This document shows positions 39,266-53,016 of a stretch of DNA of 64,000 bases, piece by piece. Position 1 is the first letter of the stretch. Each line of letters opens with the position of its first letter. The stretch is from Octopus bimaculoides. Its lineage: Eukaryota. The notes below the pieces were generated by a model. The model had not been told where the DNA came from. It was given only the letters and a program-made list of their open reading frames with translations, and ran no database searches. A program made the translations under genes and the position numbers. The DNA is taken from positions 44,421,151 to 44,485,150 of the forward strand of contig NC_068992.1 of the NCBI RefSeq assembly GCF_001194135.2, read 5' to 3'.

Positions 39266-40149
39266 TAAATGTTATAAATAAACACTTACAAAGGAAAAAA
39301 AAATCAGAAAACAAGAAAGAAAAAAATTTAAGAGTGTTAGGAAATAAAGCAGAACAAGAAATAAGTAAAATTCTTCATTCGATTTATATACTTTTTCGCT
39401 TCAACATTCAAATTTTACTTGGTAAACTGTTGAGTCAATAAACATCAGTTACTAAGCTTCGTATCATTAATCATGATCAAATAGTTTATTTTTTTCTTCT
39501 CTCTCTGCAAAGAAATGCTCGACTCCTCAAAAGGTGAAACCATTTCACAAAATTTAAATAACTACCTGGCCAAATGAGAATTATCATGGGTGATATAAAT
39601 TGATGTTTGTACCAATGGGTTTCCTTTGTAGTAGTAGACTGCATGAAATGGTTTTAGAACTCTTCTACAAAGCAAGATCTGGATGTTAATACCACCCTCT
39701 GCTTTTACATAGAGAAGACTTGATTGTAAACACAGTGGATGTAAAACAAAGTTTAAATCAAGTTGTCGAAATGGTTCATTTTATTTAAAAAATAAAACAG
39801 GCCATTAGAGACGTGTTTGTCAGAAAACAATTGTGTTCACATATTTCACAACACCGAAATTTACTAGTCACCTATCGAAAAGAAATAGTTGTTGAGGTGG
39901 AAGGTGCTATGAAAAAAAAAAAAAAAAGAAAATAATGAAAAGCTTGCAAAAATCTACAGCGAAACTGACGGGGTTTCAAAAAGAAATAAATATTCGGAAC
40001 AGAATATTTAGAAATGATAATGCTGAAACGATTTCTTTAATTAGTAAAATTCATTGAAATAAATGACTGCTGTCAAAATTGAGCACTTAACAAATCTGGA
40101 AAAGAAACGGAATTATTATTTACTATCTTTTAGTATGGAACAATTATGA

Positions 40150-40312
40150 TTGAATTCAAAACAATCTCGCATAAATCCCAAATGGTATTGGTTTGAAACT
40201 ACCAGAAAAATTGCTTCCTATGTTAATTGATTGCCAACTAAAAAAGAACTGGGAAAGTCGAGTCCCCAACCAGACCTTTCGTGACACCCTTAAAGCCAGG
40301 AACTTCTCGTGT
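40150..40312. mobile_element. Mariner-derived MITE fragment (one end)
   Basis: CCAACCAGACCTTTCGTGACACCCTTAAAGCCAGGAACTT resembles a mariner-type end I recall from octopus DNA; not verified. Confidence 0.4.
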
Positions 40313-41086
40313 ACGTGTGTGTATGCATGTGTACATACATGCATACATACATACATACACACATGCGTTCACGTGTATGTATATACGTATGCGTGCATTA
40401 TGTAGGTGTAAACCGCTGCTTGCGTGTGCGCATGTTTGTATATGTGTATGTGTGTACACGTTTTCCGTTTTAGAACAAAACCAGTCATTCAAAGTTGTGT
40501 TTACAGAACAGGAAATGTCTGTATTATAGTTCATTGTATCATACAAATTAATGTTAAAGAAAACAACTGATTATTATTATTACTATTATTGCTGCTGCTG
40601 CTGCTGCTGCTGCTGCACGGATCTTTGAAACGTATAGTCTCTTTCCTTGTTTGGCTCATTGTTTATTGTGCAGATATTGCTCCCAGCTATTTTTCTTCAT
40701 TTTTTTCCCACAATACTTCTATTTTCAATTTATTTCTGCTTATTTTATCTCTGTAGTTTCTGATATAAAACTACATAAACTACATCATTTGTAATAATTG
40801 TCTATTTATTAAAATTCTGATTCCAGAAAAAAAGAGGTAGGGATAGTAATGTCATACTTGGTTAAAGAAGTATTTCTAGAACCGGTAAACTAATGCCGTT
40901 CTATGATATCATAAGCCGGATGGGCCATGTAGACTTCATGGGTCGGCGCTCACTGAGACACGTCAAAAAGACTTGATGAAATTAGCGATGGTCTGTATGG
41001 TTAAATAGAGAAATCTTACAGAAGAATAAATTCATACTGTGAAGGGAAGTCTACAGTTTCGTTTCTTCAACGACAAAACAATTTAT

Positions 41087-41676
41087 GGATCTTTTTTAAA
41101 ACGGGGGCCACATTTTTCATTAATGTTTTACGTAGTGTTTTTGGTACCGAAAGACTTTCAAACTTCGTATACTTATCTATTTTGTGTTATAGAACAGGAA
41201 AATATTTTTGTATTCGAATTTATTTCATGTAAAAAATTGTCTTATTTCGATAATTTCAACCAATCACTGACAAGTATTCAGTTGTTTACATTTACTCCTT
41301 TGGCTGATTAAGCGGTGTAAAGCGTATTTAATTTCCATAGCTTCGTTTTGCTTTTTTCTTTTTAAATTTGCTGTTTTATCCTAACCCTAACCCTAACCCG
41401 AACCCTAACCCTAACCCTAACCCTATCACCGATAGAATTGTTTCAGAATCGTTTGTTTATGTAGTCGGCACTTAATGTATATCTGCTGAATGGACGTCAG
41501 TGATTGGTTGAAATTACAGAAATACGACAACTTTAACATGGAATAACTTAGGGATTTCTTTCTTTTTTAAAGAAGACTAAGAGAAAAAGATGTTTTATAT
41601 GACACATTCTACCAGTGTTCCAAGTTTCAAAGTGTTTCGTTAATGAAAAATGTGGCCCCCGTTTTAAAAAAGATCC
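41087..41676 (-). mobile_element. Merlin-like telomere-repeat MITE, copy 2 (opposite orientation)
   Basis: Same TIRs and arms as 25209-25819; flanks CAATTTAT / AAATTTAT (8 bp, 1 mismatch); about 7 TAACCC units at 41381-41424. Confidence 0.9.
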
Positions 41677-42191
41677 AAATTTATTCCTCATTGTAAAGTT
41701 TTTGCATCAAATCCAGTTACGTTATTTGGATTAATATGTCAGCTTTCAATTAATACAAGAAGTGAATGGCTCACCATTCAAACACAACGCAGGAGCTCCA
41801 TTACATTTAAATATTTGTATAAATACCTGCTTTAGGGTATGACAGTAGTAGTAGTAGTAATAATAGTAGTGAGGTAGTGTTGTTATTGTTAGTGATAATG
41901 ATGATGGTGGTGGTGATGGAAATTCTTCATTAGTCTCGGTTCATTTCAGATCGAAAAAAGGAAAAGAGTAGATTCGCCCTCGGAACTGGTATTCTATCGA
42001 ACCTGAATGGTTGAATGGAAGAGTCGACCACCGTGGAAAAGTCAGAAAGCCGGAAGGAATATCGCAAGGATTTCTCCCTGACGTCTTTACATTCACGCGT
42101 GCGCACGCACAGACACACATACACACACATATATACACATTCATACAGGCACCCAAGCACACATACACACATATGTGTATATGAGTATGTT

Positions 42192-42237
<46 letters not shown>

Positions 42238-42239
42238 CG

Positions 42240-42271
<32 letters not shown>

Positions 42272-42689
42272 NNNNNNNNNNNNNNNNNNNNNNNNNNNNN
42301 NNNNNNNNNNNNNNNNNNNNNNNNNNNNNNNNNNNNNNNNNNNNNNNNNNNNNNNNNNNNNNNNNNNNNNNNNNNNNNNNNNNNNNNNNNNNNNNNNNNN
42401 NNNNNNNNNNNNNNNNNNNNNNNNNNNNNNNNNNNNNNNNNNNNNNNNNNNNNNNNNNNNNNNNNNNNNNNNNNNNNNNNNNNNNNNNNNNNNNNNNNNN
42501 NNNNNNNNNNNNNNNNNNNNNNNNNNNNNNNNNNNNNNNNNNNNNNNNNNNNNNNNNNNNNNNNNNNNNNNNNNNNNNNNNNNNNNNNNNNNNNNNNNNN
42601 NNNNNNNNNNNNNNNNNNNNNNNNNNNNNNNNATATATATATATATACACACACACATTTATATATATATTTTTTGTTCTTTAATTCGT

Positions 42690-42950
42690 TTTGGAACAGC
42701 TTTTGACTCTTTAATATAAAACCTGGTCTTAAAAGGGTTCTATATCTTTTTTCGGAGTGCCTGAAGATTGAAAGATACAAACAATGCTTCATGGTCTGGA
42801 CACACATCAAGTTAGATGGTATAACGAGATCTGAAGATCTCTTCAACCAATTTCCTGCATTCTCATACCAGCTCAGTTGTCTTAACATTATCTTGGTATT
42901 GAGTATATTGTGTGGAAGGAAAGAGAAGAAGAAGAAGAAGAAATTTGCAA
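42690..42950 (-). mobile_element. Possible highly decayed Penelope GIY-YIG fragment
   Basis: Weak pieces ILNTK.. and NPFKTRFY only. Confidence 0.3.
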
Positions 42951-43479
42951 TTTGTGTTTGTGTGTGTTGGAGAGGGTGATGAATGTCAATATTGAATAAC
43001 CCTTTAAGTTTAAAGCCCACTAACCCTAATCACAAGGCCACCAAATCCAAGGGCATCCCTTTTTTTCTTCTCCACCTCCCTGCTCGACCTGTCAAGGGAA
43101 ATACTTTTAATTCATACTTCTCTAACCATCAACGACTCTATTTTAAAAATCCGCCATGTTTTTCTTTTATTATTTTCTTCTGAAATACTTGATCTAAATA
43201 TGTTTGTTCTTCGACAGACATTCCATTCATTAATGTAGGTCACATCCTGACCCGTTTACTTTTATGCAAGGTTAATCTTTCACCGACAACTAGTGAAAAA
43301 TACAATCCTTTCTTCTATATAAACATGATTCTTTCTTTCAAATTTTATTCATATCTTATTTCATTTATTTATTTATTTGTACTTGACATTTAACCTTGTG
43401 AACGGTCGGTTCCCCTTTCTCTACCTCTCTCTTTTCCCCGTTTTTCTCTCTTCGTCTCCCCTCTCTCTCTCTCTTCGTC

Positions 43480-43510
<31 letters not shown>

Positions 43511-43618
43511 TCCCCTATCTCTCACGTCTTTTCACAGAATTTATTTAAAATTCTAAGTTTATCCGTTTTTCTTTATCCTCTACTTCTTGACAAACAAATT
43601 GTTGAGCTTTCATCCACA

Positions 43619-43864
43619 ATGTTTACAACAGCACCGCACCACCACCACCACCACCATCACCAGCACCTCCTCCTTCAACAACAACCTTTTATAAACACTT
43701 TATCTGATTTCTTGTTCCCATCGTTCCTGGCGTCGGGTGTTACTAAAAATAGTAATAAGACGAAAATCTTCAACATCTGTCAGCCTGCAATATTTCACCA
43801 TGGAGAGAGAGAGTTAGGTGGTGGTAGTGGCGGTGGCGGCTATATTGCTGATGTGGAGAGGTGA
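43619..43864 (+). other. Candidate first coding exon (His/Gln/Gly low-complexity ORF); the opposite strand holds a signal-peptide-like 33 aa ORF
   Basis: Plus: ACA ATG, MFTTAPHHHHHHHQH...GGGSGGGGYIADVE, possible donor AG|GTGAAC at 43860/43861, after a CT-rich tract. Minus 43776-43675: MLKIFVLLLFLVTPDARNDGNKKSDKVFIKGCC*. Confidence 0.25.
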
Positions 43865-44089
43865 ACGAAACAACAAAAATACTATCACACCACCAACTTT
43901 CCATAACTCAATGGTTCCACTTACCCAGCTTGGGCCCAGGTATGCATGAAAACACATTGGGCTATGAATGACTTTATCGGATCGTAGGGCACCTGTGTTT
44001 TTGTGTCGTTACTCATCATCAGCCGACGAAAATCGAAATCACTGTTCATAGCATAACGATAATTATGTTATATAAGAACTGCAAACAGT

Positions 44090-44330
44090 GAATTTACTGG
44101 CGTGCAAAAAGCTTGGTCAGGTGGAATTGATTAACGCACGAAGCAACGTTAAAGAAAATTTTTGCGTGTACGATGATATGTAACACATTGGGGACACTCA
44201 GACGGGGAAGTATCCTTCGCTGTGGAAACAGCCACGGGAGAAATTTCTCCTCTTAGACAGCGTGTGAAAACACTTTGGACAACGAATGACGTCATCCTGG
44301 ATTGTGTGACATGCGTTTCTGCGTTGCTGA
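44090..44330. promoter_or_regulatory. Promoter/enhancer-like CpG-containing segment
   Basis: ATGACGTCAT (CRE) 44286-44295; 14 bp palindrome GGAGAAATTTCTCC 44237-44250. Confidence 0.4.
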
Positions 44331-45494
44331 TGCAGATATGAGATTTTTTTTTTACATCTCGAGTTCAAACGCTTAAAGAGTCACCATTGTTTTTCATTTC
44401 ATTCAATGACACTCAAATAAAAAGCGGCCTTGTACTAAGTTCAGTCCAACCCATTTTGCTTTTTCTTGACCCGTGTGCGACATTGTATTCTTTCTTCACC
44501 AATGTGCAGTGTTGTACTCTACTTTCACTAATATACAGTGTGGTACTCTTTGTTTGTTTATAAAAGGGAATGTTTTAAAGTGATAAGCTCTAAGCTCTTG
44601 CATAATTTAGATTTGAAATTAAATTGAAACAGATATTGCATTACAGCAAAGTTATGTTTGCTATTCATAAACGCTCGCGCGTACGCACGCACGCACGCAC
44701 GCACGCACACAAACACACACACAGACACACAGACACTATTGTGTAAGGTTAGTGGTCAAATTGCAAGCAACTGTCTGACAAATAGTTCATCCGGAAACGC
44801 TAGATTCCCCCTTTCTGACAAAAAGTTACGTTTGTTTCTTTCCGCAACGAATTCTTTTCTTTAAGCCTAGAAGCTAACAGTTCTGACAACTCTTTTGACT
44901 TCTGCGACAGAGTGTCACAACCTCACTGAAAGCTTAAATGGCTCTGAGACTCATACTGCTAACGTGCTCTGTGAAAAGACACATCGAGAGATTTCTGAAA
45001 CATGGAGCTATGAGTGGAGCCAATATGGGCCAGACCATAGAAGAACTCGACCTGATAGAAAAAATAAAAAAATAAAAATAAAACTATTGCCAATTTAAAA
45101 CCCAACAGAAAAAAAGTTAGAATTTGTTGGTCAGTGTTATTGACCAGCTAGGTATCATAAACGAATTAGTTTGATTGATATTGCAGAATGGAACGACATA
45201 ATGGTATTACGGTGGTGAGTTAGGATCAGAGCTATGTGTGTGATATACCTCAGATATATCACACATGTATCTCTATGAGATACTATATTTTACAGCCGTA
45301 TAATGTGATATCCACGCTCAGAAGAATTGATATAAACATATTATATGCAGAACTAAATGAACAATTGAGTCACTATTAAATATACATACTATACTCAGTG
45401 TTAATTAATATATTGTAATCATTGTTATATTCATGATTAAATTATATTCAGTTTGCTGTTTTAATCAAGTTTGCTCTTCTAATCAAGTATCATT

Positions 45495-46010
45495 CTAAAT
45501 TGTACTATATTATAATTTTATGCTGGTTACTTAAACTATTTGCATTCACGTTATATCGTACTTACATTGCCCTTATATTGCATAACATTTACATCAATTT
45601 TTATTCTCATTATATTGCACCCCCATTTTATGGTACACTCGTCTTATTCTATTCGTCTTACACTCTCATTATGTTGTACTTACATTATTCTGTAATCACA
45701 AAATATATCCATATTATGTTATCTATACATAGTATTTTTCCAAGATAATACGTATTTACTTGATATTGTACTCACAATGTATTGTACTCACATGATAATG
45801 TACTCACATTATACTGTACTCGGCATTATTCTGCACTTACGTTATGCTGTGCTCACATTAGTCGATATCAACATGATGTTCTACTCACATGATGCCATAT
45901 CCCACGATGCTGCACTCATATAATTCAGTACTAATATGATATTATGCTCACATTAAACTATACTCTTCAGATAATATCTCATGCCACTATATTGTACTCG
46001 TATTGTACTA
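45495..46010. repeat. Ancient degenerate 16 bp minisatellite (~30 units)
   Basis: Units such as TGATATTGTACTCACA, TGATAATGTACTCACA, TTATGCTGTGCTCACA and TGATGTTCTACTCACA recur with 16 bp period, best preserved at 45761-45890. Confidence 0.8.
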
Positions 46011-46487
46011 ATAAACATAACTACAAGGTTATTTTTAGTGCTTCTAATACAAAACTTAATATAAAGCATATATTGATGTTTGTTCCATTCACTGTTCAGT
46101 TTGGCAAAAGCATTTATTATAATTTGCTTCTGTACTATGTAAACATTTAACCTTTTCTGATAAATATTGATTGCAGTATAAGTAGTAGCAGAAACAACAA
46201 CAGCAACAAGAAATCAGTGAAGGTAAAGCATTGAATAATTACTTAGATCGATACTACGTCTGTGGTGAAAGCTGTCCGTTTAGTTGAAGTTGAGCTGCAA
46301 GCTGGGAGTAATAAAGTAAATTCAACATAAGAATGCTGTGAAAAGCAGTCAAAGTATGCAGAAAAGGACAAGACTTTAGCTGAACGAAACTTCAGAGGAA
46401 TCAGGATTTGAACTCGCACACACTGTTGTAGAGTTCTTAACAATGTACTATGGTAATACAGAAGTACTGCATACAAACACAGAAAAA

Positions 46488-46528
<41 letters not shown>

Positions 46529-46686
46529 TGTGTGAGAGAGAGAGAGAGAGGCATAGAGTGAGAGACTGATTGAGTGAGAGAGTGTTATGTGCGTATGAGA
46601 TAGAGAGGGGGATAGAGTGAGAGAGTGATAGAGTGAGAGAGAGAGAGAAAAAGAGAGGAGAGAGAAAGAGACAGAAGAGAGAGAGA

Positions 46687-46731
<45 letters not shown>

Positions 46732-48586
46732 TATAATACATCCACTCACATCACACAAACACACACACAGTGCATACGCCGTAACTGATTAAGTCAAGAG
46801 TCATTCAAAAGGTTGCAAGCAGCAACGAAAGAGCTTTGACAAATTAAAACAAAACAAATGCCTTACTATTTAACCAAATTAACCAAACAATCGATTAGTT
46901 AGTTGGGCAGCTAATTTCCACAAATGTACACAGTTTCTCTTCTTTATCCCAAATCATTATCTCTGGTCTGCTGTGCTTACATGATTGAGGTCTTCACTAG
47001 GACATTCCACCATGTATGTATGCATATATGCACACTACTTATTTGTCACATTTAAGCGTTGTCTATGTTTGCAATTTAATCAGGTTACCTATTCCGAACG
47101 CTGCAATACTCCTTCCTGGCTCTCTCTCAATAGCACATTAAAGAAGAAAAACTAATTTTACAAGGTTGAATATTGTGATTTATTAAGAAAAGCGAAACTC
47201 GTGATAATACTTTAAGACAAGATGAAAATTTTAGAAAATATATAAAATGTATGATTGTTTCGTTTTAAATTGTTATTTCACAAAAAAAAAAAAAAAAATT
47301 CGAGGGATCAAATGGCTATTCTTCATGATTGCAACATTCTGAGATCTAAAAGAAAATCCCTATTTCTCTGTTTACCATAAAGAGAATAGGTCTATACTTC
47401 CAGAAGACTGATTCTGCTGCCAAAGAACAAAGACAGATAACGAACTACCACAAGTATGGGTGACCGAAGAGTGAAAGTCTTACTTCTTTATAGAAAGTCA
47501 AAAAAGTCTTCAGCAACTGACAAGAGACCTTAGGACAGCTGAGGACCAAGACATGAAGACTGGAAATGTTGGTATTTTTACCTCTAAACGATGTGCTTGA
47601 GAACCAAATGAAGCATTAAATCAGGTTGCACTTTTTAGTCAAGCATGGTAACTGTTATTCAGAAAGTGCTTTTCTTTCTTAAATGAAAAATCAAGATTTA
47701 AGCTTTGTAGTAATGTTCCTGAATGTTGCCTTCACAGACTTCGTGAGGGTTTTCATGTGCTCTTCGTCACTTGAAAAGTCTCAGAAACCGGAATAAACTC
47801 CGATCTAATGAGTACGTAGGCTCAAGAAAGGCGTTAACTCGATCATATTGAACTCAGTTGAAGGGTTGAAATTAATGCGTGCAAGATTTCACAGTTCTTG
47901 CATCAGTCCATTGTCAGCCTATGAATTTTTCAGCCCACCCTTGTATATATATATCTGCATGTGTATACACGCACGTATACATGCACATATGTACATACAC
48001 GCACACACACACACACACACACAAACACATGCACACTTACACACGTATGCATATACACACACAAACACACACACACACACACGCATATATACATATGATA
48101 AGCAAGAGAAAGAGAAGGAAGAGAGTAGCGTGAGAGAGGGAAAGAGAGAAAGAAAAGAAAGAGAGAGGTGGTGCGTCTCCAGAATAAAAACTTGTGTTTA
48201 TGCCGCCAACAGCAATATTTCAGTCTATCAAGAAAAAATAAAATTATTGCTGACATAACTAAACTATATCGATTATATCGATTATTGCTGACACAACGAA
48301 ACTATATTGATTATGTTAATGATGATTTTATAATCACAGCGTTTCAGCTATGTAAGAAGCAGCAGGGATAGTATAAGTGGAGTGGTGTACCCGGACCACC
48401 AGACGCTTGTTCAGCACTTATCAAAAAGGAAGGACTGTTGTGGATCGAATCTACTCAGTATATTATCGATCTGGAATGGCGGCAAGATGTGTGTCGCGGA
48501 GGAGTATGAACTGAAAATGTGGAGGTCGCTAATATTGATTGTTTATATTGATGTAACAAGATGTGGGGATAGGTAACTATATAGAT

Positions 48587-48705
48587 CAGTGGTTCTCAAC
48601 CAGGGTCTGTATAAGATTTTGTCGTCCATATAAGACGATATTTTAACAATTTTATTATACAATTCCTAATAATATTTAAGTATAAAAATATAATAAGGGT
48701 TTTAA
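48587..48705 (+). mobile_element. hAT (Charlie-like) MITE left end
   Basis: CAGTGGTTCTCAACC terminus at 48587-48601; partner TIR not found; abuts the Tx1 fragment. Confidence 0.55.
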
Positions 48706-49565
48706 ACATCGTTTCGTTGCTCTGCACGCATCTCAGAATGGCCCGTCTGACAGCACTCCCATACCTGTAGAGTTTATCTCTAACCAGTAGTGCCCTTAGA
48801 AAGCGCTGCCAGACCGAAGGATTCTGGAAATTATCTATTGTAGTCCACTGTAACAGACTAGCCAATTATCGTCGGCGCCCAGTACCTCCCTGAGAACATC
48901 CTCAACTTTCTCACCACTGATCCTCTATGAATTGCTAAATCGAACATCTGTCGACCCCGTTGGGCGATTGAAGTAAGGTGGTGAGCCCCTGCAGACATTC
49001 TAGATGTCAGGTGTCTTGTCTCGATCTTTGCATCTCCAAGAACTTTAACTCCAAAGCTCCGTCGTGGAGTGGAGCTGCGGAAAGACTTGCGTTACGAACA
49101 GAGCTCGCACACGTTCACTGTCTTGAAATCTCAGCAGGTGGAACAATCTGAGCACCTTATCGACGCGTGACAAACCAGGCCTTAACCGTCCCCTCCTATG
49201 CAGAGAGTGTTGACAACAGGTAGACGCCTGACTAGTGAAATGTGTCCCTTTCACAACAATCTAAATAACTGATACTACAACCTGATCAGGCAGTAAATGT
49301 TACAAGGTCAAGCGGGAAATAATATTGGAGGTGATGTAGGCATTCGTTACACTTGTTTGGTTGTTCAAGGACGGCTTTCTCTTAGTCAATTTCTAGATAA
49401 AACTGGCTACCCTGTTGTTATATTATCCCGCTTCCAGTCCATCTCAAAGTCGGGACCAAACCAAACCCTGAACAGTTTAACTGATCTGTCAGTTCAGTGT
49501 CCCATAACGCTGTCCGACAACACGGACCTCCCTCTCCAAGTGTGGAACTGTAAGCCCACTGACTT
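48705..49565 (-). mobile_element. Decayed L1/Tx1-clade LINE fragment, copy 2
   Basis: TWRGRSVLSDSVMGH*TDRSVKLFRVWFGPD; EDVLREVLG; IDNFQNPSVWQRFLRALLVRDKLYRYGSAVRRAILRCVQSNET. Homologous to 20022-21010. Confidence 0.82.
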
Positions 49566-50023
49566 GTATATATTGTGTATGTGAAAAGAGGAAGAGAAAG
49601 AAATAAAACAGGCTTCGGCATAATTTCTATTTACCTAATTCCTCTCATTAGTAATTGGTTAATTCGATACTACAGCGAAAGATGCTGTGCAGGGAAACGA
49701 ATCCTGACATAATTACAAAGCAAAGTGCTTACTTATGATCTGCCTATGTCATTTTGCTGTTCACCTACCATGCCATGTGACTTCAGTTATTTGTATTGTT
49801 CATTGAATTTGAACGACAAAGGTTGTTGTAAGGCTTCACCTGACAAATACTTGACTCTGATCTGAGGATGGCAGGACCTTATGAATGCATTGACGTGTGC
49901 AATTACTGCCCTTTGCGTTCAGGTTGGAGTGGGGGTGACTTTAGTTTTCATCCTCTCAGAATAGACAAAACAATTTGGGGCTAAATGCTGTGACCCTGAG
50001 CTTGTGGTACAGATCTTGTGTGT

Positions 50024-50104
<81 letters not shown>

Positions 50105-50449
50105 TGTGTGTGTGTTTAACTGAATATTAAACTGTGCAATATGGGTCACTGATTAAGACCAAGTTTACTGAGAGATTGTTGGTTCAGTCCTATGTCTAGC
50201 ATTGTTTTCTGCGGTGCAGCTAATGAAACTCAGCCCACTTCAATAAAATTTGGGGTTGCACAAAGTATGATATCTGTAATCAGTGACAAACCAATGAAAT
50301 AAATGGGTCTTTCATTAGCCTGGGTCAAACTCCAGCCTTGTGCATGTGTAGAGCTGCAAAGAAGGGTTCGACATTTGAGATCCCCATACTAAAACCAGTA
50401 AGAGTTGACCACCTATTGACACATTTCTGACCATCAAAAAGAAAAAATA

Positions 50450-50655
50450 GCAATTGATGTCGTTGATTGCCCGACACCTAAGAGATTGATTAAAGAATAA
50501 ATGTGTCAATCGATTTGCGTTTCGTTTTATTCCACTTTATGAACAGATCGATTTGTTTTGTCGTATATTAAGATCAATGTCAACCGACCAGGTTCTTCGT
50601 TATCCCTATGACAGATCGATATTCATTTGCTATGAATTATTTAGATCAATCGATC
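50450..50655. promoter_or_regulatory. Homotypic cluster of ATCGAT/ATCAAT (CUT/Onecut-type core) motifs
   Basis: ATCGAT at 50509, 50547, 50615 and 50649; ATCAAT at 50573 and 50645; ATTGAT near 50453 and 50485. Confidence 0.35.
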
Positions 50656-50741
50656 ATGGACAATTTTCCAAGTTTTTAACAATTTTACTTTCCTTAAATG
50701 ATTTCTTTCAATGACATTCCAGCACACCCCACAACACACAC

Positions 50742-50788
<47 letters not shown>

Positions 50789-50908
50789 TACACACATATG
50801 TAAATACATGCCTATGTGTGAGCACACATACACACACGTACACATTACATACGTAAATACACACATATGTGTGAGCACACATACATATAAACATGCACAA
50901 CGCGCACG

Positions 50909-50941
<33 letters not shown>

Positions 50942-51124
50942 GTGTGTGTGCGTGCGTGTGCGTGTGTGCATGTGTGCGTGCACACATACTCACATATATA
51001 CACACATATTTATATATAGTGTGTGTGTTTGTGGGAGTGTAAATATGCTTGAGCGCATGTGCTTGTATGTGTATGTGTGAGTATGTGTGGAAGCATGTGC
51101 AAGTCTATGATACGTATTTTGTTG

Positions 51125-51235
51125 ACGTCGGGAAGACGAAAGTCAAGATGGCCTCGATTGGATTTGAACATAGAAGGTAAAAGAATGTAACTAAATACTG
51201 CCAGATATTTTTGCCCGACTCTCTACTCAATCTTC
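51125..51235 (-). mobile_element. SINE family C fragment
   Basis: Minus: GGCAGTATTTAGTT...TTCAAATCCAATCGAGGCCATCTTGACTTTCGTCTTCC, related to 17535-17600. Confidence 0.5.
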
Positions 51236-52387
51236 TTTCCCACCACTGTCATAAAAAAAGTCAACAACGACAAGTAATGGCCAATGTACATCCAGTGAAT
51301 ACCTTTGCTAAATACAAGTAAACCACGACAGAAACAAAAAGTCCAGTAAGGCAATGAGAAATCTAAAAATACGAGAGACTAAAAACGGAATGGAAGCAGC
51401 AGCAGCAGTAGCAGTAGTGTGCGCATTTGTATGGGTGCGCGCGTGCATACGTATGCATGTGTGTGTGTACATCTGTGCGTGTCTGTGTGTATGTATGTGC
51501 GCGTGCGCACATGTGTAAACATGGACGGGATAAAATATTTTCTCACATCAATGTTGACCCAACCAATCTTCCAATATTGTCTTTACTGATGACTTTGTTT
51601 TTGGCCTTCAGTCTTTTTTATCCATCTATTTCAGAAAGAGAACATTCTTCCGGCTAAAATTGTCCATGGCTGCCGGCTATATAAGCAGATTGGCTAATAT
51701 TAGTACAGTAAACTTTGCCAGTTCTTCTCTCTCTCTCCTGGTATCCACTGTTGAAATGTCCTTGGAGCAGATTTAAGACAAATGTTTGGCTCCATTCGTT
51801 TTATTTTGTGTTCAAGATATGTCTGCTGCTATTTCTGTCTTCTAATGACGTTGTTGACTTTCTAATGTTGACGCATTCCTTCCCCTCTGCTTTATCGTTT
51901 GCTTCACACACACACACATGCACACACACACACACACACATACACACACACACACTCACACATACACATACATACACACACGCACGAACACACACATGGA
52001 CACGCACAATGCGCAAACATACAAATATCCATAAAGACACACATATACAGACATACACAGAGACACACACAGACATCCACACGCATATACGTTCATACAC
52101 ATATGCAGACATACGCAAACAGACTTATATGGTAAATGTTTGCATGAATACATGTAAGTGCATACACGTGTAGACTAATACATGTACGCATGCGTATTAC
52201 CTAAATACTTGGCCATAAACACATACGTTTAGACAGATAATCACATGCATATATACATAGATACATATACACAGACATGCAGATTTACAAACGTACGCAA
52301 CCAATACACTCATACATAAAAATATACCCTTGCATACACATACAGGTACATACATTTGAATACATTGAACGTAGAAATGTACGAGGG

Positions 52388-52459
<72 letters not shown>

Positions 52460-52505
52460 GCACGCACGTACACACACTCACACTCATACAGACACACACT
52501 AAGTA

Positions 52506-52594
52506 TGGGCAAGTGTCTTCTACTATAGCCTCGGCCCTACCAAATCCTTGTGAGTGGATTTGGTTTACGGAAACCGGAAGAAGCTCGTCATATA
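52506..52594 (+). mobile_element. SINE family A core fragment (left arm of inverted pair)
   Basis: GGGCAAGTGTCTTCTACTATAGCCTCGG...TTGTGAGTGGATTTGGTTTACGGAAAC. Confidence 0.88.
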
Positions 52595-52647
52595 CGCGTG
52601 TGTGTGTGGGGGGGGGGGTACCTGTGTGTGTGTGTTTGTGCGCGCGC

Positions 52648-52740
52648 AAATCCACTGACAAGGCTTTGGTCGGCCCGAGACTGTAGCAGACGACACTTGC
52701 CCTAGGTGCCACGCTGAACCCAGAACTATGTGGTTGGGAA
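52648..52740 (-). mobile_element. SINE family A head/core fragment (right arm of inverted pair)
   Basis: AAATCCACTGACAAGGCTTTGGTCGGCCCGAG...GACACTTGCCCTAGGTGCCACGCTGAACCC. Confidence 0.88.
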
Positions 52741-53016
52741 ATGTTTTTATATTTATAATGTACTATATCATAATATATACAAATGATGCCTGCACCTTAA
52801 TTTCGAGCAATGCCATCGGTTGGTTGGTTGTTCTCATATACATGAATAGAACGGATGTGGCTTTTCAGTTCTGCCAGAAACTTGCATTCTTTTACACATA
52901 TGTGGCAACAATGGATGCCTCTTGTACTAAATGTTCAAAGATATTACCACCCACGTCGACAAATGCCTTCATACTAGCCTTTTTCAGCAACGGCCAGCCA
53001 TAGTACGTGACACATA

